From Octopus sinensis (lineage: Eukaryota): a stretch of DNA of 64,000 bases. Below are positions 25,457 to 38,062 of the stretch, in pieces. The notes under the pieces are model-generated. The model was not told the origin of the DNA. It did no database searches and saw only the letters and a list, made by a program, of their open reading frames with translations. The translations under genes and the position numbers were made by a program. The stretch lies in contig NC_042998.1 in assembly GCF_006345805.1 (NCBI RefSeq), positions 207,204,001 through 207,268,000 on the forward strand, given 5' to 3'. Numbering within the stretch: the stretch's first letter is position 1; every line of letters starts with the position of its first letter.

Positions 25457-26409
25457 CTTGGAAAAGAAATGGAAATAAATAAATAAATAAATAAAGGAAA
25501 CAACAACATCATGACCACCACTACCAACAACAACAACAATCACCAAGTCAATGGTGGTGATGGTAGAGAAGGATACAAAATACACACACACATATCATCA
25601 TCATCATCATCATTTAACGTCCGTTTTCCATGCTAGCATGGGTTGAGCGGTTCGACTGGGGTCTGGGAAGCCAGGAGGCTGCACCAGGCTCCAGTCTTAT
25701 CTGGCAGTGTTTCTACAGCTGGATGCCCTTCCTAACGCCAACCACTCCGTGAGTGTAGTGGGTGCTTTTTACGTGCCACTGGCACAGGGGCTAGGGGAGG
25801 CTGGCAATGGCCACAATCAGTTGGTGCTTTTTACATGCCACCGGCATGAAAGCCAGTCAAGGCGGCGCTGGCATAGGCCACGTTCGGATGGTGCTGTTTA
25901 CATGCCATTGGCACAGGTATCACAACTACAATTTCCATTTGATTTTTTGATGTTGACATATATATATAAATACAATGGGCCTCTTTCATTTTCTAGCTAC
26001 CAAACTAATTTAGGAGGTTTTTCGATGGCCCAGGGCCAGGGTACCATGCACTAGGACTGAACTCGAAGCCAGGCAGTTGAGAAGTGAGCTTCTTAACGCT
26101 GCAACCTCTTAATATTCAGGTGAATCCTGTGTGCTGAGAAAACATAAATCGTCTAAAACAAGAAAACGTTTTCGAATGACGAACAAACAGCAGTGATCAG
26201 AAATTCACGTTCGAATCTGCCAGAAAGTATTAAGAATGAAGAAATACATTCTCGTTTGGATTCCTGCTGTTTTGTGCGATTCAAATATTTTGAATGGCAC
26301 AACAATGCACTATAACACAAACGATGGACTTTAAGAACTGGTGTAATTTAATCATTCATAATCTGATATATTTCGGAATATAAAAATACCTTCTTGACAT
26401 TTTTTTTTT

Positions 26410-26912
26410 CTCTAGTTTTAGCTCAGAGCTGCAGCCATGCTGATGCACCGCCGTTTTGTGCTACACTGTTATTACTAAGAGCCTCCTCTAATATGTGGCA
26501 CTTGGTGAAGAATGGAGTTTGATATAGCTACCCTCATTTGCACCTCTTGCTGTGAGGTAGGTTCATCTGGGACTCTCAACAGGAAGAGGTCCAGCTTTGA
26601 TTTAAAAACCGCTACATCTACTTTGTGCAAGTTCCTCAGACTCTTTGGGAGAATATTAAAAAGCTGTGGGCCCCTGAAACCCAGACTGTTGCAGTAACTG
26701 GTCCTGAAGTGTGATGGCATTGCTGGGACCTTTGGCACTATGCAGTGTTGTCCCGTTTTGGCATTGGTGTAGCTTTCAATGCCAAATTTTGGCACAATTC
26801 CTTCCAGGATCTTCCAGATATATATTACTGCATACCTCTCCCGTCTTCTCTCCAGGGAGTAGAGTCTTAGCTGTTTCAACCTTTCCCAGTAGCTGAGCTG
26901 TTGCAAAGAGAC
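26410..26912 (-). mobile_element. CR1-clade-like LINE 3' end, 5'-truncated
   Basis: LSYWERLKQLRLYSLERRRERY...PQLFNILP...FKSKLDLFL.RVPDEP, stop, short 3' UTR and A-rich tail. Confidence 0.85.
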
Positions 26913-27589
26913 GATTAGGAATTGATGGAGTCGCTGTTATAATCGGTTAGCTGCGACTCCATCAATTCCTAGGGATATCTGAAGAAGGAATTTTTGCATT
27001 CCGAAATATCATATCAGACTGTGGATGATGAAATTACACCAGTTATTATAGTCCATTGTCTGTATTATGGTGCATTGTTGTACCATTCAAAACATTTTCT
27101 TCTTTACAAACTATACACAATGCTTCAAGCGAACTACAATACTCTTCCGTATTTTAATATTTCATTTTATTTGCAGTGAAGGAATTGTTATACAGAGTTA
27201 TTTCCCTTGCATTAAACTTTTATTCCAAAGCTAAAAAAAACCAAAAGTCAACAAGGGATTTTCTAAGTGGTTGTTCGACCTGTTAGAAGTAGCAGCTAAA
27301 TATCTTTACGTCACACTCTCAGGCAGGATTCTATTTTTGACTCTCAGGGCCCCACAATAGATCCAATAAATAAATTACTCCTCAAGCACGGAATGCTTTT
27401 TATGTGCCACTGGCGCAGGATCCAGTCAGGTGGGCTTGGCATATACTCAATGTTTGAAGGATGAGATAAAAACTATTACCTGGAAACAGGTGAGGGGTTG
27501 GTGACAGGAAGAGCACCCAACCATAGAAAATCTGCCAGAATGAATTTCATTTAACCCATGGAGAAAAGTATGGAAAAGCAAATGTTATA

Positions 27590-28000
27590 GGCGCAGGAGT
27601 GGCTGTGTGGTAAGTAGCTTGCTAACCAACCACATGGTTCCGGGTTCAGTCCCACTGCGTGGCATATTGAGCAAGTGTCTTCTACTATAGCCTCGGGTGA
27701 ACCAAAGCCTTGTGAGTGGATTTGGTAGATGGAAACTGAAAGAAGCCCGTCGTATATATGTATATATATATATATATATATGTATGTGCGTGTGTGTTTG
27801 TGTGTCTGTGTTTGTCCCCCTAGCATTGCTTGACAACCGATGCTGGTGTGTTTACGTCCCCGTTACTTAGCGGTTCGGCAAAAGAGACCGATAGAATAAG
27901 TACTGGGCTTACAAAGAATAAGTCCCGGGGTCGATTTGCTCGATTAAAGGCGGTGCTCCAGCATGGCCGCAGTCAAATGACTGAAACAAGTAAAAGAGTA
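27590..28000 (+). mobile_element. Full-length tRNA-derived SINE, family A (~400 bp, internal TA/TG microsatellite); ~15 more copies, e.g. 30055-30470 -, 38950-39320 -, 55255-55660 -, 57594-58027 +, 58205-58618 -, 60435-60890 -, 61896-62290 +
   Basis: Head ggcgcaggagtggctgtgtggtaag (A box), ggttcagtccc (B box), ccttgggcaagt, tail gtgctccagcatggccgcagtcaaatgactgaaacaagtaaaagag. Confidence 0.9.
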
Positions 28001-29197
28001 TATTCTAATACGGATTAAGATATACCTGACAAGCATACAACATCATTATCCTCATTTTAATGTCCACTTTTCCATGCTTGGATGGAATTTGTTGATGTAG
28101 GCTTTCCACAGCTTGATGCTCTCCCGTGGCTAACCCTCTCTTGTTTCTAAGTTCCCCACAACCAGACCTGCTTTTATAGAAGATTGCCAATGAAGGGCAA
28201 CACCTGTATAATGGTGAGACCCATTGACAATAGTCAGGCAGCGTCAAGACACAAAGACCCTAACACATACACGTACACATGTGCCACACACACACACACA
28301 CACACACATCATCATCATTGTTTAACATCTGCTTTCCATGCTGGCATGGGTTGGACGGTTTGGCTGAAAACAAGTAAGCCGGGGCCAGGCTGCACCAGGT
28401 TCTGATCCGATTTGCCAAGGTTTCTACATCTCCTGAATTTTCCTCTTCTTTTCTTCAACTAACTTGAATTCTTGACCTGCCCTTACCCCAATCCTTTATA
28501 ACTAAAGAAATTTTTCTTACAACAGTCAGTTGTAAACAAGGTTTTGGTCAGGTTGGCATCCTAACTACACTACCTCATATGTTCCTGAGATTCATATCTA
28601 AATCTTTATCTGTATATTTACCTTCCCTAAGATGTTATTAATTGATTTGAAAGCTTTTATATTATTGGAAAACCTATATAAATTAGCTGAAGATTACTCA
28701 GCATCTTAAATCTGCTGTAATATTTACAGCTTTTAATAAAATGTTATAGTATGAAACAATTGTACTAAATTACCGGATTCATTCTTGTTGCTTATTTTTG
28801 ATATATATATATATATATAATATAGGACAATCAGTAAGTTGTTATAGTAAAACTCAGAGTTTCGGTTATTGGGGGCTGAAGACTGCTCTGGCATCTCATC
28901 AGTTATTAAGACAAAAACACTATGGAAAAAACGCTGAATAAAGGGAAATTACTCCAATAGGCGTGGATAAATAAAACTTTGTTAATAGAATCTGTATATG
29001 CACACATATACATACATGTACGCACACACACATATGTATATATATATACATACATACATATACATACTCACACACGTGTACATATATATACACATATATA
29101 TATATGTATACACATGTAAACATACACACACACACACATATATATATATATACATGTGGGGACAATCACAGGCACACACACACACACACACACAAAT

Positions 29198-29282
<85 letters not shown>

Positions 29283-29557
29283 ATAATGCATATATACGAC
29301 AAGTTTGTTTTAGTTTCCATCTATTAAATCCATTCATAGGTGTTTGGTTAGCCTGGGGCTATAGTAGAAGACGCCAACGATGCCAGGCTGTAGGACTGAA
29401 CCTGGAACAATGTGGCTGAGAAGCCAACTTCTTACCTCACAGCCATGCTCAAACCAAACTCAAATCAAAAATATATATAAAGTAATCAAATCAAAATGAA
29501 AAAAACAAAATCCATTCAGTGTTTAAAGCAAGGTAAACGCTGATGGAAACTACGCAC

Positions 29558-29645
29558 CTTGGAGGTAAAGGTAGTGAGCATCTTGGGGGCTGAACAGCAC
29601 AACTCGTTTACGGCCTTTGATTTGCATCAGTATATTATCCATGAT
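29558..29645 (-). CDS. TYW5: TYW5 exon 5 (88 nt)
   Basis: ctaattag|ATC...CAAG|gtgcgt; [29 protein letters not shown]. Confidence 0.95.
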
Positions 29646-31084
29646 CTAATTAGAAAATTTAACAAAAAAAAAAGAAAAGGGATATAAATTCAAGTATATT
29701 AAGGCAGTGCTGCAGCAGGGGCCCAGTGTAATGGATGAGACCAGTATAAACACAGATACATCCATGCACATGCACACATGTATGTATAAATATGTGTGTG
29801 TGTGTGTATTTATATATATCATTATCATCATTATCGTTTACTGTCTGCTTTCCATTCTAGCATGGGTTGGACGGTTCGACCAGGGTCTGGGAAGCCAGGA
29901 GGCTGCACCAGGCTCCAATCTGATCTGGTAGAGTTTCTACAGCTGGATGCCCTTCCTAATGCCAACCACTCCGAGAGTGTAGTGGGTGCTTTTTACGTGC
30001 CACTGGAACAGGGGCCAGTCGGGGGGGGGGGGGTACTGGCATCGACCATGTTATATACTCTTTTACTTGTTTCAGTCATTTGACTGTGGCCATGCTGGAG
30101 CACTGCCATTAGTCGAGCAAATCGACCCCAGGACTTATTCTTTGTAAGCCCAGTACTTATTCTATCGGTCTCTTTGCCGAACTGCTAAGTTACGGTGACG
30201 TAAACACACCAGCATCGGTTGTCAAGTGATGTTCGGGGGGGGGGGAGGACAAACACAGACACACAAACATATACACACACACATATATATATATATACAC
30301 ATATACGACGGGCTTCTTTCAGCTTCCGTCAACCAAATCCACTCACAAGGCTTTGGTCGACCCAGGGCTCTAGTAGAAGACACTTGCCCAAGGTGCCACG
30401 CCGTGGGACTGAACCCGGAACCATGTGGTTGGTAAACAAGCTACTTACCACACAGCCACTCCTACGCCTATATATATATATATCATCATCACCATTTAAT
30501 GTCTGTTTTCCATGCTGGTATGGGTTGGACGGTTTGACAGGAGCTAGTAAAGCCAGGAGCCACACCAGACTCATTTGTCTGCTTTGGCTTGGCTTCTACA
30601 GCTGGATGCCCTCCCTAATGCCCAGCCACTTTACAGAGTGTATTGAGTGCTTTGACGTGGCACTAGCATCAGAGCTTTTTATGAGGCACTAGCACTGGTG
30701 CCTTTTACATGGGACCAGCATCAGAGCCCTTTTTATGTGGTGCCAGCCCTGACAGAGTCACCAAATAATTTACTAAACAAAAACCCGCTCGGCTGGGAGG
30801 GGAGCTGACTTTGTGCCAGTTGATGAGAGATTAAAGGCACAGGCAAATGGAAACAGGTGCCTTGCTGTAGAGAAGATACATTCTTTTATTCTTTTACTTG
30901 TTTCAGTCATTTGAATGTGGCCATGCTGGAGCACCAGCTTTAGTCGAACAAATTGACTTCAGGACTTATTTTTTGTAAGCGTAGTACTTATTCTAGCAGT
31001 CGCTTTTGCCGAACTGCTAAGTTATGGGGATGTAAACAAACCGACATCTTAACAATAGTTAAGATCCTTCTCTCCACAATGAAA

Positions 31085-31524
31085 GTGGGGAACATTTATA
31101 CGAGAAATCCTGGAAGGACTTGCACCAAACTTTGGCATTGAAAGTCACACAAACAGCAGAACGGGGCACCACTGCATAGTGCCAAAGATCCCAGCATCGC
31201 CATCAAAATACAGGACCAGATCCTGCTACAGCTTGGGTTTGAAGGGTCAACAGCTCTTCAATATCCTTCCAAAATGCCTGAGAGACCCGCATGGGGTGGA
31301 TGTAGGTGTCTTGCAAACAAAACTGGATCTCCTCCCGTCAAGAAATCTGGGGGATCCCATGTAATTGTAGGAAACCATAAGGGCAGCAACATAAAACTCA
31401 CTCATTCAACAAATGCCATGTATCAGAGGAGGTTTCATGTAATGAAAGTGTAACAAGATTAATGACAGTGCTCCAGCATGGCTGCAGCTCTTGAGCTGAA
31501 ATTGATAAAAGAATAAAAGAGTAA
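31085..31524 (+). mobile_element. CR1-clade-like LINE 3' end (decayed copy of the family at 26410)
   Basis: HCIVPKIPASPSKYRTRSCYSLGLKGQQLFNILPK..., tail ending taaaagaataaaagagta. Confidence 0.8.
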
Positions 31525-31550
31525 TACAGTTTTATGGATGATCCAGTAAA

Positions 31551-32025
31551 CCCTTTCGATACCAACCTGGCTGAAGCCACCTCTGGTTCTGAGTACAAAT
31601 GTCTTGTTTTCATAAAAGTTCTGTATTAAAATCTTCCACCAAAACTTAATCACAATTTATGTTCCTAACACTAGCTGAATGGTAAATAAGTTATTTTACT
31701 AAATTCTTTGTTATATTTAAAATTAATTGAAAGAAACACAGAGCATCTCAACAGAAATATGGTAAAAAAAAGGGTTAAAATATATAATAGAGAAACAATT
31801 CTTAACCTTTTTGATACCAACCTGGCTGAAACCGATTCTGGCTCTGAGTACAAATGCATTGTTTTCATAAGTTTTGAATTAAAATCTTCCACCAAACCTT
31901 AGTCACAATTAATGTTCCTAACACTAGCTGAATGGTAAATAAGTTATTTTACTAAATTCTTTGTTATATTTAAAGTAATTGAAAGAAACACAGAGCATCT
32001 CAACAGAAATATGGTAACAAAAGGG
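31551..32025. mobile_element. Two tandem ~220-bp TTAA/CCC..GGG (piggyBac-type) MITEs
   Basis: 31551-31774 and 31806-32025; both end aaagggttaa; the second begins ttaacc. Confidence 0.7.
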
Positions 32026-32595
32026 TTAAACTGGATTTGCTAAAACCTTAAATGATATTTTTAAAAACCTGCAGCATACTCAGATACACTCTGCTGCATG
32101 CTAGTGCACTGTGGTGCAATGTTTTAAAAGCTCTGACTTCATCATCATTTAATGTCTGTTGTCCACACTGGCATAGGATGGACGGTTTGACCAGGGCTGG
32201 CAAGCTGGAAGGCTGCACCAGGATCCAGTCCAATTTGGCCTGGTTTTCTATGGCTGGATACCCTTCCTAACACCAATGACTTCGAGAGTGTAATGGATGC
32301 TTTTACATGTCACTGGTATGGGTACCATTTGCATGCCAATTTGTGTGACACCGGTATCTGTCACGACTGCAATTTTGCTTGGGTTGTTGAGTCTTCTTAA
32401 GCATGACATAACACCAAAGGTCTTGGTCATTGCCTCTGTGAGACCCAATACACCAAAGGAACTCAGCCACTTTGCCTCTGTGAGGCCCAACTCTCAAGAG
32501 GAAACTGTGCCTCTGTGAGGCCTAGATGGCAAAAAAGAATTCTAATGAATGGTTACCTCTTACTTACAAAGTTGTTAGGGTCTGGTCTTACTTAC

Positions 32596-32778
32596 ATCAT
32601 AGTGGGTCCAGAGTTGGGTTGATTTTGAAGCAATACGGAAGACACTGGAGAAGAAGGATTTGGCAGGAAAAAGATCCGGAATGTTCAAATCATTTGCTAT
32701 TTGCGGAAACTGTTCTTCGATGTTTGCAACTGTATTCCGTGGGTCGTCTCCTAACGAACGCAGATAGTATTTCTCCTC
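32596..32778 (-). CDS. TYW5: TYW5 exon 4 (183 nt)
   Basis: gctctttag|GAG...TATGAT|gtaagt; [25 protein letters not shown]...[20 protein letters not shown], containing the JmjC H-x-D motif. Confidence 0.96.
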
Positions 32779-32924
32779 CTAAAGAGCAAACAAATAAATA
32801 AATAAACATAAACCTTTCAAGGTAGTGCCCCAGCATGGCCTTTGTCTAATAACTGACACAAGTATCTAAACGTATCTCTTCTTTTTTTTGAAAAAGGTTA
32901 TGTCTAATGTTTCAGCCCATGGGT

Positions 32925-33522
32925 CTTTACCGACAGATTTAAAAAATAATTTTTTGTAACTAAACACTTTCAAACTTCAGACACTGGTAGAATGTGTCAT
33001 ATAAAACATATTTTACTCTTAGCACTTTTGTAAAAAACTTATATTTACGAAGCTATTTCACTTTAAAGTTGTCGTATTTCGGTAATTTCAACCAATCAAT
33101 GACGTATATTCAGCTGAATAAAATTACTGCCATTGTTTGTCAACAACAACTATTGGTGGTGTATTTTTCGTTTGTCACTGTTATTTATGACATCGTTCGT
33201 GCGTTTGTACTGGTTTTAAGGTTAGGGTGTTAGGGTTTTAGGGTTAGGGTTGTCATAAATAACAGTGACAAACGAAATATACACCGCTGGAAGTTCTTGT
33301 TGACAAACAACAGCAGTAATTTTATTCAGCTGAGCACACGTCATTGATTGGTTGAAATTACCAAAATACGACAAATTTAACATGAAATAGCTTTGTAAAT
33401 ATAAGTTTTTCTCAAACATGCTAAGAGTAAAACATTTTTTATATGACACATTCTACCAGTGTCCGAAGTTTGAAAGTGTTTAGTTACAAAAAATTACTTT
33501 TTAAATCTGTCAGTCAAAAGGT
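32925..33522. mobile_element. Foldback/MITE with ~270-bp inverted arms and TTAGGG-like spacer
   Basis: 32925-33192 is the reverse complement of 33251-33522 with scattered mismatches; spacer gttagggtgttagggttttagggttagggt. Confidence 0.85.
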
Positions 33523-33993
33523 AAATATCCCAGCCCATTTAAGAAAAAAAATCTTTACAAAGGTGCAGTCATGGTTGTTGAGTAAGAAGCATGCTTTCCA
33601 ACCATATGGTTCTGGGTTCAGTCCCACTTTGTGGCACCTTGGGCAAGTGTGTTCTGCAATAGCCTTGGGCTGACCAAAGCCTTGTGAGTGGATTTGGTAG
33701 ACGGAAACTGAAGGAAGCCTGTTGTGAGTGTGTTTATATATAAATGTGCATGTGTGTCTTTGTGTCTGTTTGTTTACATCCCTGTAACTTAGCGTTTCAG
33801 CATAAGATATTGATAGAATAAGTACTAGGCTGGAAAAATTGGTACTGTGGACAATTCATTTGACTAGCATTCCTGTAGGTGGTACCCCAGCATGGCCACA
33901 GCCTAATGACTGAAACAGGCAAAAAATAAAAGGAATAAAAAATCAAAGAGAGACGAAGAATTTGAAGGCAAATCATCAAAGAAATTAACTGAC

Positions 33994-34063
33994 CGGACAA
34001 ATGAAAAATTCTTCATTGGAATCTTGTGATGCTCGTTTGACCAGTTCTGAGAATGGTAAAATC
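33994..34063 (-). CDS. TYW5: TYW5 exon 3 (70 nt)
   Basis: tttccgtgtag|G...CCG|gtcagt; (R)ILPFSELVKRASQDSNEEFFICP. Confidence 0.93.
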
Positions 34064-34414
34064 CTACACGGAAAAACAACAAGAAGGAATCATCATCGTC
34101 ATTACCGTTTCCATGTTCTTATTTCTTTATTACCCACAAGGGGCTAAACATAGAAGGAGACAAACAAGGATAGACAAAGGGATTAAGTCACTCTCGGAAT
34201 GGTTGGCATTAGGAAGGGCATCCAGCTGTAGAAACACTGCCAGATCAGACTGGAGCCTGGTGCAGCCACTTGGCTTCCAGGCCTCAGTCAAACCGTCAAA
34301 CCCATGCCGGCGTGGAAAACGGACGTTAAACGATGAAGATGATGATGATGGAAAAGTGGGCTTAAAAAATAAATGAAGATGATGACGATGAGGGTGATGA
34401 AAGTAGAAACTTAC

Positions 34415-34569
34415 CGATAGAGAAAATTTTTATTTAGAAAATCCATCTGTGGGATTTCTGAGACATGAGTGGTAACATTTTTGTCTCCAGCCTGTGATAC
34501 CAAATACTCTACGGTCCATTTGCTCGTGCAGGATCCAAGGTCAAATCCTCTAAGCACAACTGGAACTCG
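34415..34569 (-). CDS. TYW5: TYW5 exon 2 (155 nt)
   Basis: ctttaacaacag|CGA...TATCG|gtaagt; RVPVVLRGFDLGSCTSKWTVEYL...QMDFLNKNFLY. Confidence 0.95.
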
Positions 34570-35167
34570 CTGTTGTTAAAGAAAAGAATGGTGGGTGAAG
34601 ATTTCGTCTAAACAGTGTGTTTGTGGTTTGTGAAAGAGCAAAGCAGAAAGTTCCTGGAACGCAGGAACTACAATAAAAGTTCAGTTCCTAGACGACATGG
34701 CTTAAGGCAGAGGCATGACTGGTTCAGAAGTTTTGGGATATGAATGTGGTTTCAGGTTCAGTCCCACGTCACAGCCACTTGGATAAGGTGTCTTCTACTA
34801 TAGACCTGAGACGATCAAATCTTTAAATGAATTTGGTAAACAGAAACTGTGAGGAAGCCTATCATTTGATTGCTTTAAATAATTTCTTTAAATTTTTAAC
34901 ACCAAGCTTTCAGGCTTCTCTGAGTTAAAGGGGCCCTCCCAGCAGCTAGGGCCTGCTGGGCCATGGGCCTTACATAACTCTGGTCCTGTCACCACCTCAA
35001 CTGTTTTAGGATACAAACTTCCTGCTTTTAAGTGATTTTATTTAGAACTTATCAAAATTTTGTGTTCGTTTATGATCCAAACACTAGGTTAATAATAGTT
35101 TTAAATTTTGGTGCAAGGCCAGCAATTTCAGGAAGCATGTAAATCAATTACATCACCCTCAGTGCTC

Positions 35168-35583
35168 AGGGCCCATGGGCTACTAACCCCAAGATTCTGA
35201 GTTCGATTCCAGGCGGTGACCTGAATAATAATGATAAATAATAATAACATCGGAAAAAATACCTAAGGAATGAGAACCCAGGTCCAAAATTTCCTCAGGC
35301 GTAGGAGTGTCTGTGTGGTAAGTAGCTTGCTTACGAACCACATGGTTCCGGGTTGTCCCACTGTGTGGCACCTTGGGCAAGTGTCTTCTACTATAGCCTC
35401 AGGCCGACCAAAGCCTTGTGAGTGGATTTGGTAGACAGAAACTGAAAGAAGTCCGTCGTATATATGTGTATATGTGTATATATATATATATATTTAAGTA
35501 GGTGAATGAATTATCCTAGATTGGAAAATTCGTTTAAATTTTGTTAACATCTTCGTTTGACTCCATTCTTTCATTTATCCATT

Positions 35584-35656
<73 letters not shown>

Positions 35657-35743
35657 TTAAGTAGGTGAATGAATTATCCTAGATTGGAAAATTCGTTTAA
35701 ATTTTGTTAACATCTTCGTTTGACTCCATTCTTTCATTTATCC

Positions 35744-35787
<44 letters not shown>

Positions 35788-36045
35788 GTGTGTGTATGTA
35801 TACGTCCCTGTAACTCAGCAGTTTGGCAAAAGTGACCGATAGAATAATTACTAGGCTTACAAAGAATAAGTCCTGGGGTCGATTTGCTCGACTAAAGGCG
35901 GTGCTCCAACATGGCCACAGTCAAAATTACTGAAACAAGTAAAAGAGGACACCTGATGAAAGCTGGAGAGTATACCAGCCGAAACATTGTGTTAACAACA
36001 AACAAGATGAGGACAAATATCCGTGAAATGTAAATAATGTAAACA
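35168..36045 (+). mobile_element. Family G element (tRNA head + hammerhead-like 3' module) interrupted by a family A SINE (35298-35945)
   Basis: gggctactaaccccaagattctgagttcgattcc...aaaatttcctc resumes after the SINE as gacacctgatgaaagctgg...gaaacattgtg. Confidence 0.75.
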
Positions 36046-36149
36046 CTGTAAATAACGTACAACTGGTATTTGTTTTATTGATCTAAGAAAGATGAAAGGT
36101 GAAGTCGACCTTGGTGGAATTTGAACTCAGAACATAGAGAGGGGTGAAA

Positions 36150-37947
36150 TGTACTTCGATTGTTACTTAGGAGACCAGGATAAGTCATGGGCTCCTCATG
36201 TGTGTTGCCTTACATGTGTGAAAGCACTGAGTGCCTGGTATGCAGGAAAAAATGTTCACATGAAGTTTGGTGTGCCAATGATTTGGCATGAGCAGAAAGA
36301 TCACTCTAATGATTGCTATTTATGTCACCATGACTCTACAGGCTGTACTACAGCAAAGAAAAAGAAACACATTGTTTGCCCAAATTTGCAATCAGCAATG
36401 CGCCCAGTAGAGCACTCAGAAAATTCACCTGTGCCTATACTTCCAGATCAAGAAATGCAGAGTTCCAGCAATGCTGATGAATATTCCAGTGGTGAATGTG
36501 TGGAGCCCAATGATCCAGAAAGCAAGAATAAACCAATACCATTTTCTCAAGAGGCTCTAAATGACTTCTGCAGGGATCTCTAGTTAACCAAAGAGAAAAG
36601 TGAGTTTCTGGCATCAAGGCTTCAAAAACGTAATCTTCTTGAGAAAGGAATGAAGATAACACTGTACAGAAAACGTACAGAGGATCTGCTTGCATTATTC
36701 ACCATGAAGGATGACTTACGGTTTTGTAATGACATCACTGAACTTTTTGAGCAACTGGAAATACCATAGGATAAAACCAACTGGTGACTTTTCATAGATC
36801 CATCCAAGAACAACATCAAAGCTGTTCTGCTACACAATGGTAGCACTGTGCCTTCTGTTCCCATAGCTTATAGCACAACCATGAAAGAATCATATGGAAA
36901 TCTGAAAGCAATTCTAACAAGTATACAGTATAATGACCATCCCTGGCATATTTGTGCAGATTTTAAGGTTGTGGCCATGCTTACTGGCTTTCAGCTTGGC
37001 TATACTAAATTTTGCTGCTTCCTGTGCTTATGGAATTCCAGGGTAAGAGCTGAACATTATATATGCAAGGATTGGCCGATCCGAGATGAAATTGAGCAAG
37101 GAAAACACAACATCGTGCACAAACCACTTGTGAAAAGTGATGGAATTTTTTTACCACCTTTGCATATTAAACTTGGTTTGTTTAAGCAATTTGTGAAGCT
37201 TTGGACAAGGAATCCTCCACATTTGCATATCTTGCAGAAAAGTTCCCTTTCCCGAGTCAAGCTAAAATTATAGACGGTTTCTTCATAGGTCTCCAAATTC
37301 GAAAAATTGTACTAGATGAAACCTTCATCACACATCACAAAAGAAAAGAGAAGCTTGCCTTTGAGTCATTCAAGAAAGTTTGCGATAACTTCCTGGGAAA
37401 ACATCGTTCAGAAGACTATGTGCAAGTTGTGAATGATCTGCTGAGTCATTATCATGGTATAGGAGGTAACATGTCTCTAAAAGTTCACGTGCTTCACTCT
37501 CATTTGGATTCTTGGCGGAAAATCTTGGTGATATGAGTGATGAACATGGTGAAAGATTCCATCAGGATATTCAGGTGATGGAGCGACGATTCAAAGGAAA
37601 ATGGAACCCTGACATGTTGGCAGACTACTGCTGGGGTATAAAAAAAAGATCACACTCCACACAAGAAGCTTAGAAGGACAAAAGTTGTTTAAACTGACAG
37701 GTGTGTTTTTAATTCATAACCAATATATGTTTTGTCATACCAACTAAATTTTTGTTTTGTTTTTTGTAACTTACAGTATTTGCAATGTTGTGTTCAATAC
37801 GCAATATTATGCAGTATATTATACATGGAAAACGGTGCCTAATCTGGAGAAATAAAGGTCAGAATAAGAATCAGGACAATTTTTTGACCCAGAAACAAGT
37901 CTTACTGCACTTGTACTTTTTTTGAACCTGAAATTTGTTGCACAGTG
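36150..37947 (+). mobile_element. Decayed, 5'-truncated Chapaev3-type (CMC superfamily) DNA transposon
   Basis: Across stops and frameshifts: GDQDKSWAPHVCC..C...DH.NDCYLC (Zn finger), LFID, ICADFK, FCCFLC, PPLHIKLGL, HVLHSHLD, SDEHGERFHQD, LADYCW. Right end ...gcacagtg followed by TTA. Confidence 0.8.
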
Positions 37948-38062
37948 TTAACAGTTCCGATTGAACACACCTATCATCAAAGACATCCCACCCGTGATCA
38001 TGCTACAATTTAATACACCAGCAGCCATACTATCCAATGTATTTTCTGTTATTTAAGACGTT

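Noticed and set aside
28600-28680. Short AG...GT-bounded open segment on the minus strand within a TYW5 intron
   Set aside because: Exons 5 and 6 already join in frame with full homology; the peptide is unrelated.
33222-33250. Interstitial telomere / chromosome fusion scar
   Set aside because: Only ~4 imperfect TTAGGG units, located in the spacer of a foldback element.
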